Assembly (NCBI GenBank): GCA_036785375.1
Contig: JAWMAR010000026.1
Coordinates: 8,494,001-8,558,000 of the forward strand
DNA length: 64,000 nt
Source: Leucoraja ocellata
Taxonomy: Eukaryota
Reading direction: 5' to 3'
Within the stretch, counting starts at the first letter, position 1, and every line of letters starts with the position of its first letter. Shown in pieces: positions 1-10,636 of this stretch. Made by a program: the position numbers and the translations under genes. The notes under the pieces were generated by a model, which worked only from the letters and a program-made list of their open reading frames with translations, did not search any database and had not been told where the DNA came from.

Positions 1-297
1 GGCCTACACCAACCTGAAGTCGCGGTCTCCGGTAGGGGAGCACCGATTCAGGACTTACCTGGACTTTTTACCTTGTCTGCACATCTGGACGCCCGCAGCG
101 GCGGCTGCGGATGGTTGAAGTCCCGACCACGGGGGACAATGGAGGAGGACTGGCCAAATGTTGTGCCTTCCACCACAGTGATGAATGCTGTGGTGGATGT
201 TTGTGTTAAATTTTTATTGTGTTTTTGTGTGTTTTTTTTCGTTGTATCGCTGCTGGCAAAATGTGACGAATAAAACTGATTGGTTGATTGATTGATT
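1..297 (+). repeat. 3' end of an interspersed repeat with AATAAA and (GATT)n tail
   Basis: GC-rich body, T/G-rich tract, aataaa, gattggttgattgattgatt; similar to 27400-27670. Confidence 0.65.
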
Positions 298-1318
298 GCT
301 TTACATTTACTTACTATAATATAATCTTGACGTTAATCTGTGAGCCTGTCGCCCGTTTAACATCTTAAATATAAGCTTACCTAAAATGAGGAAAAAATGT
401 ACTCGGAGGTCCGCTCCAGTTCATGTAAGGTCTAATAATTAGATTATATACAGCCGGTAATGAAGACCTGTTAGTTTAATCGTTTCAGGCGGAGTATAAA
501 AATAAGGACATTTGAATGAGTGAATGATTACGCTCTCTACATTCTTTTACTTTCGTGCGGTCTAATTATTGCCTGACCTGTTCCGGATTGAGCCACGCAT
601 TTAGTTTCCATTCTTCAAAGTCCCATCAAGTAAGCGCGTAAATGTTCTGTGATTGCACATGAAGGAGACCATTCTAGCAGATGCAGAGCCACATGATTGA
701 CGCATTCTTTCCTTTCAGATCGGAAAATTCATTGCCGATTTCGTTGAACTCATCTCAACTTTAGGCGTGTTTCCTCTGCGGATTTTGCATGTAGGTACAG
801 CTTTTTTTTTTACAAAACATAGTTTCAATTTGTGTTCATGGGTAGCTCACCCCAATTACTAGTATGTTTCAGGTGACATTGAAAGCGAACCACATTAATG
901 GGTTGAAATTACATTGCCTCGATTGGGGCAAGGTTATCCTATGAAGGGCTTAATTCAGCCACACGAGATTTCAAGAACAACCCCGCAATTTAGTTATCAT
1001 TAAGACTAAATTATTTTAGGGGGGGGGGGGGGGGGGGGGGTCTTATTTGGCATCTTATTTTAATTAGATCCTCTCACGAGGCCGAAAATCGAGAAATGGT
1101 CGATGTGCGCACTGTTTGATGTCCTCAAATAAAACAGCCTTCTATTTCCTGACTCAATTTCCGCCTTCAGGCACTCAGCCAGGCCCTATATTAAAAGCAA
1201 CGCATTTCTCGACCATGTCATGGGGTGACCGATGTGATGAGGAGTCAGTGTAGAATATACCGTGACGATTATTAACCAGACCTTCATCTTTCCCAGCCAG
1301 GCGTGCTTAGTAGTCGAT

Positions 1319-1373
1319 ATGTTTCTGAAAGTGTCACCTTGGACGATATATTTCCTTGGAATTTTGAATGCGG
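1319..1373 (+). CDS. IgSF V-C1 gene, leader exon
   Basis: ATG at 1319, MFLKVSPWTIYFLGILNA + G|gtaaat; 55 nt, phase 1, hydrophobic signal-peptide character; TATATTAAAA about 130 nt upstream. Confidence 0.7.
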
Positions 1374-1666
1374 GTAAATTAGGGCTTCTATTGTTTTTTA
1401 TTTATGTGTCTTCAAATTAGGCAGATATGATAGTTGTACCTTATAATGTTATGTCGAATTATCCATAAAGTCATTGCTGTCGTATGAGTTCTGGAAAGGA
1501 GGGTAATTTACGAAACCTTTACGAGGACACAAAAAGCGGGCATAATTATTATCTGGGCTCCCATTGTAAATATTTGGGCTGAGTGCAATAAGATTTTTGC
1601 CTGCAGTGTTACATTTCCATTGCTGTATATCAATGACTAAACTGGATTTGCACCATCTATTGACAG

Positions 1667-1981
1667 CTGCTGAGAACAGGTCGGGCAAGACGATATCGAA
1701 TGTTGCAAATCAGAATACGGTGATCAGTGGCATAAATTTTACATGTCGGTGTCCCTTCCCCTTCAATGTAAATCTGACAAACCTGGAGGTTTTCTGGTGG
1801 AAAGATGGAAATAAAGGCTTCCTGAAAGAAGATAGCAGGAAAATCTTCACTATACGGGCAGGAGGCGCCTACCTGCACCTGCTGAATGTCACGGTCTCGG
1901 ACGCCGGAACATACAAATGTCTTGCAAAACAAGCGGGCCGAACGGTTGGGAAGGAAACAAGAGAGCAACTGATCGTATATG
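1667..1981 (+). CDS. IgSF V-C1 gene, V-set domain exon
   Basis: gacag|CT GCT...TAT G|gtgagc, phase 1/1, 315 nt. B-strand FTCRCPFP, C-strand VFWWKDG, E/F strands LHLLNVTVSDAGTYKC (DxGxYxC). Confidence 0.92.
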
Positions 1982-2005
1982 GTGAGCGAACGGCACTTTA
2001 GTTGC

Positions 2006-2189
2006 TAGACAAAAGTGCTGGAGAAACTCAGCGGGTGCAGCAGCGTCTATGGAGCGAAGGAAATAGGCAACGTTTCGACCTGAAACGTTGCCTATTTCCT
2101 TCGCTCCATAGATGCTGCTACACCCGCTGAGTTTCTCCAGCACTTTTGTATACCTTCGATTTTCCAGGATCTGCAGTTCCTTCTTAGGT
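2006..2189. mobile_element. Fold-back Penelope-pLTR-derived element (68-bp inverted arms) with 11-bp TSD
   Basis: Arms 2009-2076 and 2082-2149 (66/68 complementary); TSD ACTTTAGTTGC at 1995-2005 and 2190-2200. Confidence 0.9.
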
Positions 2190-2908
2190 ACTTTAGTTGC
2201 AACTCGAATTTGAATTTTGCTTCACAGAAGTCTTTAATCCAGAATACAAATGTGAATAACGTTGGAAAATTATTTGAGATTGGTTCGTTTAAAAATATAG
2301 GTCAGAGGGCATGACAGCAATTATATTTGCGTTGATGTATAATGAAGGTAGTGAGTGTAAGATGAATAAATACAACGGTTTCAATTTGACACCGAACGCC
2401 GAGGCGGGGGATCCTCCTGATGTTTTCCTAATGATAATGTTATCAACATATAATGCTGTGTATTGAAAGAGCGAGGTTTTTACTTCCACAAAATTATTGA
2501 AATATAAATTTTATTTCTTGCGCCGAATTAGAGAAACAATAAATGTTAGTCAAAGCATTCTCTGTAAGACAGTCCAAGTCTGCAACTGTTTATGACTGCT
2601 TATATTGGGGAGTTGAAGTATTCACAACAGTACTGTGCCTTTGAAGAGTTCCAACTTGAAAGTTGATTCGCGCATGTTAGCACAAGAAACAAGTATGCAA
2701 ATTTGTGCTTTTTTAAAAAATTAAATGTCAAGGGAATGCGTCAAGGGGGGGGGGGGGGGGGGGGGGGAGTCCATTGCGATGAATTACACCTTCATCTGGC
2801 TCCCGATTTAAAAATTATGATGGAATTGGAAATAGCGTTGGAAAAAATGCGATTAGATGATGTAATCGACTCTTCCCCTTTCTTTTAATTCCATTCCTCT
2901 TTACTTAG

Positions 2909-3214
2909 CTGTCCCTTCTCCTCTGAAGATTGTATCTGTTCGATCTAGAAATGCTGCGACTGATTTCCTGAAAATGCAGTGCAGAACGGCTGCCTTTTAC
3001 CCGAAAGAATTTAATCTCACCTGGCATACAAATGGTTCCGTCATCCAATCTGGATTTCGGCATGAACAAAGATCAACGGCAGACGGATTGTATGAAGTTA
3101 TCAGCTTTTTAGAGGAGAAACGGCCAGTCAAAGAAGGAACCGTTTACACGTGTAAAATTATTCACCGTTCTATGCTAACTCCAGCAACTGCCAACTACAC
3201 GGTTCCTCGTGCAG
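2909..3214 (+). CDS. IgSF V-C1 gene, C1-set domain exon
   Basis: Polypyrimidine tract + ttag|CT GTC...GCA G|gtaacg, phase 1/1, 306 nt. MQCRTAAFYPKEFNLTW...DGLYEVISFL...YTCKIIH carries the C1-set hallmarks (C-x4-FYP-x5-W, DG-x-Y, Y-x-C-x3-H). Confidence 0.93.
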
Positions 3215-3367
3215 GTAACGTGTTCCACGGATAGTATAATGGATAGTCCACTGAATAATAATATTCATAGTAAAGATAAAATGTGAGGATTTTTAAAAGA
3301 CCGAATTTTCTGTAGCAAATGTATTCACCTAGAAATTGTGCAATTTTCCTATTTTCTGCCAACGTAG

Positions 3368-3531
3368 ATGGACGCTGGACAGTCCATCCAGCCTATGTTG
3401 CTTCCCAGAAAAAGTCCATCAATACCCTTCCCGCAATCGATCGCGCACCTGTAACCTATTCCCTTTCACGTGATCTACAAGTCCACTCTGATGCCCCTAC
3501 AAACATCACACCTTCCCGAGGAATAATGTAA
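3368..3531 (+). CDS. IgSF V-C1 gene, putative terminal exon (hydrophilic tail)
   Basis: ttttcctattttctgccaacgtag|AT GGA, phase 1, open for 54 codons to TAA at 3529-3531. The four exons total 840 nt (279 aa plus stop). Confidence 0.55.
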
Positions 3532-3615
3532 AAATAATCAATTAACTCACCAAGCAGTTCCTTGGTAAAATATCAGAGAATGTGCAATGTACATGCAGAC
3601 AGTTCCCGAAGCCAG

Positions 3616-3815
3616 NNNNNNNNNNNNNNNNNNNNNNNNNNNNNNNNNNNNNNNNNNNNNNNNNNNNNNNNNNNNNNNNNNNNNNNNNNNNNNNNNNNNN
3701 NNNNNNNNNNNNNNNNNNNNNNNNNNNNNNNNNNNNNNNNNNNNNNNNNNNNNNNNNNNNNNNNNNNNNNNNNNNNNNNNNNNNNNNNNNNNNNNNNNNN
3801 NNNNNNNNNNNNNNN
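3616..3815. other. Assembly gap (200 N)
   Basis: N run. Confidence 1.
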
Positions 3816-5059
3816 CCATGAGCATTCACCAGTGAGATCAGTCACAATCTTATTGAAAGAGCAAGCCTCAAGGCTCTTCCACCTTCTCTTGATTCACAGG
3901 AACTATTTAGTTACAATTCTGTGGCAGAAAGAGTGTGTTATAAAATATAATTGATAAAACATACTGTGTGTTCTGCAGATTTAATTATATAAGATTCTAA
4001 ATGTTAGGACTTAACAATTACACCTTTCCATTCCCCTTAGCCCTTCTTAAAAATACATCAATAGACAGGCAGAAAAGCAATCTAACCAACTCGCTGTGTT
4101 TTCACAGACAAAGTCACAATTTATTACATGGAAAGTCTTCAGGTTTAATTTAAAGTCAAGGTGGATTCATTCTGCTACGAATTGTAAATGTATTAAATTT
4201 GTCAACTGTATAAGGAATGTCATTGCGGAAATTGTTGTTTAATTCAGCGGGCAAGCCTATTCTATCTTCAGGAGACCTCACCTCCTCTCCTGATTGTGGA
4301 GTTCTCACTGGAGTGCAGCTCTGGCCCTGGGTCTGCAGTGTAGACAGTGAAGGCAAAATTATTAACCCACCCTCATCATTGCAGCAACAAAAACCGAATG
4401 GTTTTGTGGGTGGGGAGTGGAGGGGAGATGAGGTGATGGTGAAATTTTAGAAACCTCAAACCTGATTCTGATCCCTCCAGCAGGGTTCAACAGAGGCAGG
4501 ACATGCGGTGGGTAATGAACCCACTCCCAGGAGCTGGGCTGTGAGATGTTGTCAGCCTCAGAGCTCACTTCCTTTGAGAGGGCTTAGGAATCATTGGCAG
4601 CTGAAGGAGGGGGTGTGGGGAATCACGTGGCTGGGGAAGGGATAATTGCCTTTCGAGCACTTTGTGAGCCAACAATGAGCCCATGGAGGTGGAATCGGAC
4701 ACCCTCTGCAGCTTGCCTGGAATACAACCCACAGTTTGGGAGCGTGACCTGTCAATAACACTACCCTCATGCAGAAGTGCCCCACACTCCTGCCATGCTG
4801 TGTCGGCAAAGCAGATTCCCTGGCTTCCCATGTGACACTGCGACCCACATCTACAGGGGCAGTCTGTCGGAGGCCGGATGCAGGAGAGGAGGGATAAAAT
4901 TACAGAAGGAAACATGTAAAGCCCATTGTTTTTGCCCCTCCTGCCCCAGAGAACTCATCTTCAAGTACCTTGATTCCAACCTATTCCCCCTCGTCCGGCC
5001 CTTTCCAAGACACTTCAACTCTTCAATAATTCCCCCCCCCCCCCCCCCCCCCACTGCTG

Positions 5060-5910
5060 TCATAGATTGATCCCTTACCACGTGCATCCCATAGTTCTGC
5101 TCTCGTATATCCCCTCGTATATCCCCAGTTGGTACAAGGATAGAGGTCTTCATCTTTCAACCCACCAGTCTCCACCTTCAACCCCTCATTCCCCGCCATT
5201 TCCGTTACCTCCAACATGATCTCACCACATCTTCCTATCCTCACTCCTTTCCACCTTCTGCAGAAACAGCTCCCTCCTCTACTCCAAGGTTCACTGATCC
5301 CTTTTCTCCTAAACCACCTCCTCCTCGGGGACTTACCCCTGCAACAGCAGGAGATGTAAAACCTGTTCCTGTACCTCCTCCCTACACGTCCATCTAGAGA
5401 CCCCAGCAGTCCTTCCAAGTAAGACAGAGTTTCACATGCACCTCCGCTAACCTCATCTACTGCATCCAGCGTTCCCGATGTGACCTCCTGTACACATGAC
5501 CGAGACCAAGCATAAATTTGGCAACTGTTTCACCTAACCAATGCCACAGCCTACCGGATATCTCGTTTGCTAACCATTTTAACTCTTCTTCCTATTCCCA
5601 TACTGACCTTACTTTCTTGGGTCTCCTCATTTGCCAATATGAGCCCACACACAAACTGGAGGAACAGCACGTCATATTCTGCTATGCACATTGAATTCTC
5701 CAATTTTATGCTAAACTAAAACGCCCCTCCCCTTTGTTCGTCCCTTTTCTTTTCAGGCCTCCTCTTCCGTGCCCCAACTGGACTCGTTCCTATTTCTCCC
5801 CTCCTCCTTCTCCACCTACATTACTTCCTCTAGCTTTAGAATTTGCAACTCTTCAATTATTTTGTCTCGCACCTTTTGTGTATTTCATTTCTGTCCTTTG
5901 TTCAACCGAG
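5060..5910 (+). mobile_element. Degenerate Penelope-like element (GIY-YIG region)
   Basis: Nucleotide similarity to the 33749-34555 copy (aacctcatctactgcatc, ggaggaacagcac, attgaattctcc); frameshifted. Confidence 0.8.
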
Positions 5911-6189
5911 GTGAGTTGTAGCAGGTAAGAGAGGAAAGACATAAAGATTGCCAATATCATAGCCACTGGCTACAGTGCAAAGATACGGATCATATCAGAG
6001 GGATCGAGGTGTGCACAAATTCTGTGGAACAGCAACAGAGTTTACAGTATAAGGGTGAGTGTTGGGACAAGATGTGGCAATGAGGTCAATTACCATGTTA
6101 AGTATAAAGTTATTCTGAATGAAGGTTAAGGTGAATGGAGAGCAAACCATCTCCAACTAGAGAGTGAGACTAGCCACCTACCCATGACA

Positions 6190-6433
6190 TTAGGATGTAA
6201 TGTTAAAATTGTACAAGGCATTGGTGAGGCCAATTCTGGAGTATGGTGTACAATTTGGGTCGCCTAATTATAGGAAGGATGTCAACAAAATAGAGAGAGT
6301 ACAGAGGAGATTTACTAGAATGTTGCCTAGGTTTCAGCAACTAAGTTACAGAGAAAGGTTGAAGAAGTTAGGTCTTTATTCTTTGGAGCGCAGAAGGTTA
6401 AGGGGGGACTTGATAGAGGTCTTTAAAATGATG
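6190..6433 (+). mobile_element. CR1-type LINE fragment
   Basis: LYKALVRPILEYGVQFGSPNYRKD...RRRLRGDLIEVFK. Confidence 0.9.
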
Positions 6434-6530
6434 AGCAACCCTCCACCACTTCTCCTGCATCCAAATACTAGGCCAATTTTGGATCCAATTTGACATTTTT
6501 TCCGGGATCTCAACCTCTCTAAAAAGTGGA

Positions 6531-6769
6531 GGAAGATACAAAATGCTGGAGTAACTCAGCGGGACAGGCAACATCTCTGAAGTGAAGGAATGGGTGACGC
6601 TTTGGTTTGAGTCCCTTCTTCAGACTTCGTCAGTCTGAAGGAGGGTCTCGACCTGAAACGTCACCCATACCTCCTCTCCAGAGATACTGCCTGCCCTGCA
6701 GAGTTACTCCAGCGTTTGTGTGTATCTTCGGTTTAAACCAGCATCTGCAGTTCCTTCCTACATGTTTCA
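6531..6769. mobile_element. Fold-back Penelope-pLTR-derived element with 15-bp TSD
   Basis: Two inverted arms of about 95 bp, each containing a degenerate hammerhead; TSD TCTCTAAAAAGTGGA at 6516-6530 and 6770-6784. Confidence 0.88.
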
Positions 6770-7627
6770 TCTCTAAAAAGTGGATCAGGTTCCCATGTGG
6801 AAAAACATCAATCCCATATCTTTCAATACCTCTTCAGAAAATTAAATCATACTGGTCAGACATGATCTTCTCCAGACAAATCGTGTTTACATTCAGTCAC
6901 TACCCAATAGAATATTTATGCAATAACCTCTCCACTTCTAAGGGATTCACCATCACTATCCACTAATGCCCCAGTCTGCATAATATATTATCACCCCACT
7001 CCAAATGATTTACACTCGGTGAGTATCTTGTACTCTGCTCTGGTCACTGTTCCTGCTCCTCAGCCCCAGTGTGAACGTACCCAGGTCAGTCTTCAGTTTC
7101 TTGTCTCTGGTCGTCTGCCTGCTGCTCGTTGTGATGGCCGCAGTGTGCCTGTACCAGTTCCCCACCACTGCCTGGCCTGCCGTGCCATCATAGTACCTGC
7201 GACAGATTACAGCCGATTACTCACTCATCAACCCAGGCCCACGCACGGTGTCAGTTCTATTGGGGATCCAGAGAACAACAGCACTGAATCCCGGAATGTC
7301 CAGCCTGGAACATCTTGTGTCACATGCTGGAAGGAAGAGATGCCAAGCGACGAGACCTTTCTCTGTCAGAGCTACTGAACAGTAATGCAGCATACTGGCG
7401 CATTTAGCAGAGCCGCTATTCAGTAGCACCAGAGACACAACTTCCATCGCAATTTCTGATGCTGTCTGTGTGGAGTTTGCACGTTTCATTTTGACCACCT
7501 TGGGATTCCGCCAAAGGCTCAGTCAGTTTTCCTCCCATCGCTATTTGGCTTGGAGCGATAATTGGCATTGTAAATTGCCGCCCAAATGGGTGGGTGAGTG
7601 GCAGAATTTGGGGGCAGTTGATAGAAA

Positions 7628-7968
7628 TAATTGATTGATTGGTTTAAAGATACAGCACGGAAACAGGCCCTTCAATCCGGTGAGTTCATGCCGACCATCG
7701 CTCACCTCTTCACACTGGTTCTATGTTATTCCGCATTTGCATTCCCTCCCTACATACTACGGGCAATTTACAGGGGCCAAATTAACCGACAAACCTGCAT
7801 GTCTTTGGTGTGTGGGAGGAAAGCAGAGTACCCAGAAGAAACTCACACTCGGTCACAGGAAGAGCATGCAAAATCTACTCAGGCAGCACCTAAGGACAGG
7901 ATTAAACCAGGTGTTCTGCTGTGGTGAAACAGCAGCACTACCAGCTGGGCCACTGTGCCACCCTGTGC
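7628..7968 (-). mobile_element. tRNA-derived SINE nested in an older plus-strand SINE (about 7400-8095)
   Basis: Full minus-strand copy splits a plus-strand copy whose tail resumes at about 7990. Confidence 0.8.
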
Positions 7969-8293
7969 CATTTTATTCTCCAATGTTTGGAGAATAAAAT
8001 GGGATCGGTGTAGGTTTGGTGTAAACAGGTGTTTGATGGTCAGCATGGACTCAGTGGGCTGAAGGGCCTACTTCAGTGCTGCTGCTCTATGACTGTTGCT
8101 GAATAGTGTTACAGAAGATCTGCGATTGGGAAGGGAGTACAAAGCAGAGCTATTGACAATTATTCCAAAGAGACCAGATATTAATGATAGCCTGCCCACA
8201 TCAGTGGACCCATCTGGTGGCTGGTCATGACAGTGGGAGTCCACACAGGCTGGGAGCAGCATCGCCCTCTGTCAGCACAGTGGGCTTTGAACT

Positions 8294-8498
8294 TTACAAG
8301 GGGGTCATCAGCCTGAATCGCAGGCTCGTCCTTGACTGAACAAATCCCTCCCACAGGGAGCCAGGTGGACAGTCAGCGTGAACTCTCCTATCCAGCAATG
8401 AACCGTTGTGCTGAGGAGATTCATCCATGTCCTGCCCCTTGCTGGATGAACGCCAGGGCAACAGAGTGACAGGAAGAGGCGACAGCTCCCACCTGGCT
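8294..8498 (-). CDS. Candidate NECAB2 exon 7 or alternative terminal exon
   Basis: Acceptor ttactgctgcag at 8499. A phase-2 join to exon 6 gives an open frame (G)ARWELSPLPVTLLPWRSSSKGQDMDESPQHNG...MTPL*. Only a weak donor (GTTCAT at 8403); homology is not convincing. Confidence 0.3.
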
Positions 8499-8689
8499 CT
8501 GCAGCAGTAAGAGATGTCTTCATAAATATACATTTCATTAAATCAACTACAGTACCTAATAAATTGAGTGAAATTCCGCTCCAAGCCATCCAGATATTGC
8601 TAGGCAACAAATCCAACCAGCTCGCCTTAGAAGAGGAACTGAGCGTGCGTATGTGTGTATGTGCAGTGTTGCTCCCATCTTAAGACTTG

Positions 8690-9745
8690 CCACGTCATGA
8701 CTGACCCACTATTACCCCGAGTCCCTGTGAACGAATATTACCCCTGCCTCTGTGTCTCACTTTTATCCCAATCCTGCGATTTCCTCAGTCCCTCTGACCC
8801 ACTATTAACCCGTCTCTGTGTCTCACTATTATCCCAGTCAGGTGATCCACAGTTATCCCTCTTCCTCTGACATATTGTTACCCCTGTCTCTCGTGACCCA
8901 CTAGTACCCCAATCTCTGCAACTCACCGTTACCCCAGTCCCTGTGACCCACTGTGACCCGAGTCCCCGTGACCTAGTCTTACCCCAGGCCATGTGACACC
9001 TTATTGATCGAGCAACGGTGACCCACTGTTACTCCAATCCCCGTGATTCGTTATTACCCCTGTTGTCCCAGTCTCTGTGACTCACTATTAACCCCAGTTC
9101 CCATGACCACTATTACCCCAGTCCCATGATCCATTACAGCCATGGATCGTGTAACCCATTATTACAACAGTCCCTGTGATTTTCTATCACCCCACTTTCT
9201 GTGACTCACCCATGTACCAATCCCAGTGACTAACTATTACCCCATCCAAGTGACTCATTATGTCCCCCCCATCCCTCTGTCTCAATATTGCTCAGTCCCT
9301 TTGACTCACTATTACCCCAATCCCCATGACCCAACCTACCCCAGCCGCATGATCCATTATTGCCCGGGACCCTCTGACTCACTGTTACGCTAGTCCCTGT
9401 ACCACACTATTGCCCCAGTTTCTGTGACTCACTAACACACCAATCCCAGCAACTATTATCCCATCCATGTGCCTCAATATTACCCCAACCCACTGACTCT
9501 CTATTACACCATTCTCTGTGATCCGCTATTACCCCAGTATCCGTGATCCACCATTACTCTAGCCCCTGTGACCCACTATAACCCCTGTCTCCATGGCCAC
9601 CGTGTTACCCCAGTACCTTGACTCTTTATTGCTTCATCCCTGCAGCCCGCTATTTCCCCTGTCCCCATGACTCACTCTTACCCCATTCCCTATAACCCAT
9701 TATTACCCCACATCCTCTGGCTCACAGTTCCCCCACTCCTCATGT
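8690..9745. repeat. Degenerate minisatellite, unit about 26 bp
   Basis: Consensus about TGACCCACTATTACCCCAGTCCCTG, roughly 40 diverged copies. Confidence 0.9.
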
Positions 9746-10499
9746 CCTTGTTGTGAGTTGAGCCATCAACAATATCCTCAGACTCATTAATAATACCTAG
9801 GAAGCTGAGTCAGTCAGAGCTGGAGTGCGCCCCTCTGCCTCTCAGCATTGCTCTATCTCTGAACTGAATCACAGTTGAGGTGTAAGTCACACTGACTGCA
9901 TTCTCTGCCCTGACATTCTTCCAACGCTCCACAGGGCAGCTCAGCGGTCTGGCTGAGAGGGGAGAGGAAGAGCCTGGCTAAGATACAAGATCACAAAACC
10001 CGTCCTCTACAGTTCAGTGCGACCTCCCATCCAGCTGCAGAATCCCTCTACACCTCTCCTCTTTGTGCCCCTTTTTAACTGTCTGTCAAACATTTGCATG
10101 TTGCCTGCATCCACTACCTCCCCAGGCAGCTCGTTCCATCTCATCACCACCCTCTTGTGAAAAACATACTCCTCAGATTTCTATTGCATTGGTCTCTGCT
10201 CAGGGGGACGGGTGTGTGCCAGCAGAAGAGGTATTGTAAGTGGCAGGCTTGGAACATCTGCCCTAATTATCATAAGCAGATAGAAGTTTGTGGGATATCC
10301 AATCTGCTCTGTCTAAAGCAGTGAGACAAATCCCAGTGCAGGCCTTTATCGTTGCTCTAGCTCACTGAGCCTTCAAGGTGTTATCACTGTGGGAGTGTGA
10401 TATCCTGCAGGACAATACGCAGTTGGTTTTAGCCAGTGCCTTGCTCAGACTGAGGAGGCAAGGGAATGGAGCAACACATTGACCAGGAGAATTACCCAC

Positions 10500-10636
10500 C
10501 CTGTCTGAGTGTTCTGATCCTCTATGGCATCAACTGCACTTTCCACAGAAGTCAGCAATGACTGGATCTGGCTGGCTGTCTCCTTCAACAGGAAACGGGT
10601 CACAAACTGGTCCAACTTCGTCCCACTCTCGTAAAC
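10500..10636 (-). CDS. NECAB2: NECAB2 exon 6 (137 nt, NECAB homology/coiled-coil region)
   Basis: tcag|GTT TAC...ACA GG|gtgggt = [45 protein letters not shown](G); matches the recalled NECAB2 segment [33 protein letters not shown]. Confidence 0.93.

Noticed and set aside
602-832. ISRE-like motifs upstream of the Ig gene (AGTTTCCATT, AGTTTCAATTT)
   Set aside because: Partial matches expected by chance in AT-rich DNA.
1667-3214. Rearranging Ig/TCR locus or MHC gene
   Set aside because: The V exon ends in a splice donor with its own G strand; I saw no heptamer/nonamer RSS, J segments or peptide-binding domain exons.
3451-3468. ITIM in the tail (VTYSLS)
   Set aside because: Y+3 is Ser rather than Leu/Val, and there is no TM segment to make it cytoplasmic.
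3542-3954. ORFs spanning N runs (also near 24700-25450 and 57083-57337)
   Set aside because: Artefacts of translating gaps.
8690-9745. CRISPR-like array (also 31700-32465)
   Set aside because: Units are contiguous and diverged with no unique spacers or cas genes, in a eukaryotic context; these are minisatellites.
9935-9981. QLSGLAE as the missing NECAB2 QISRLAE exon
   Set aside because: Wrong strand and it stops after a few codons.
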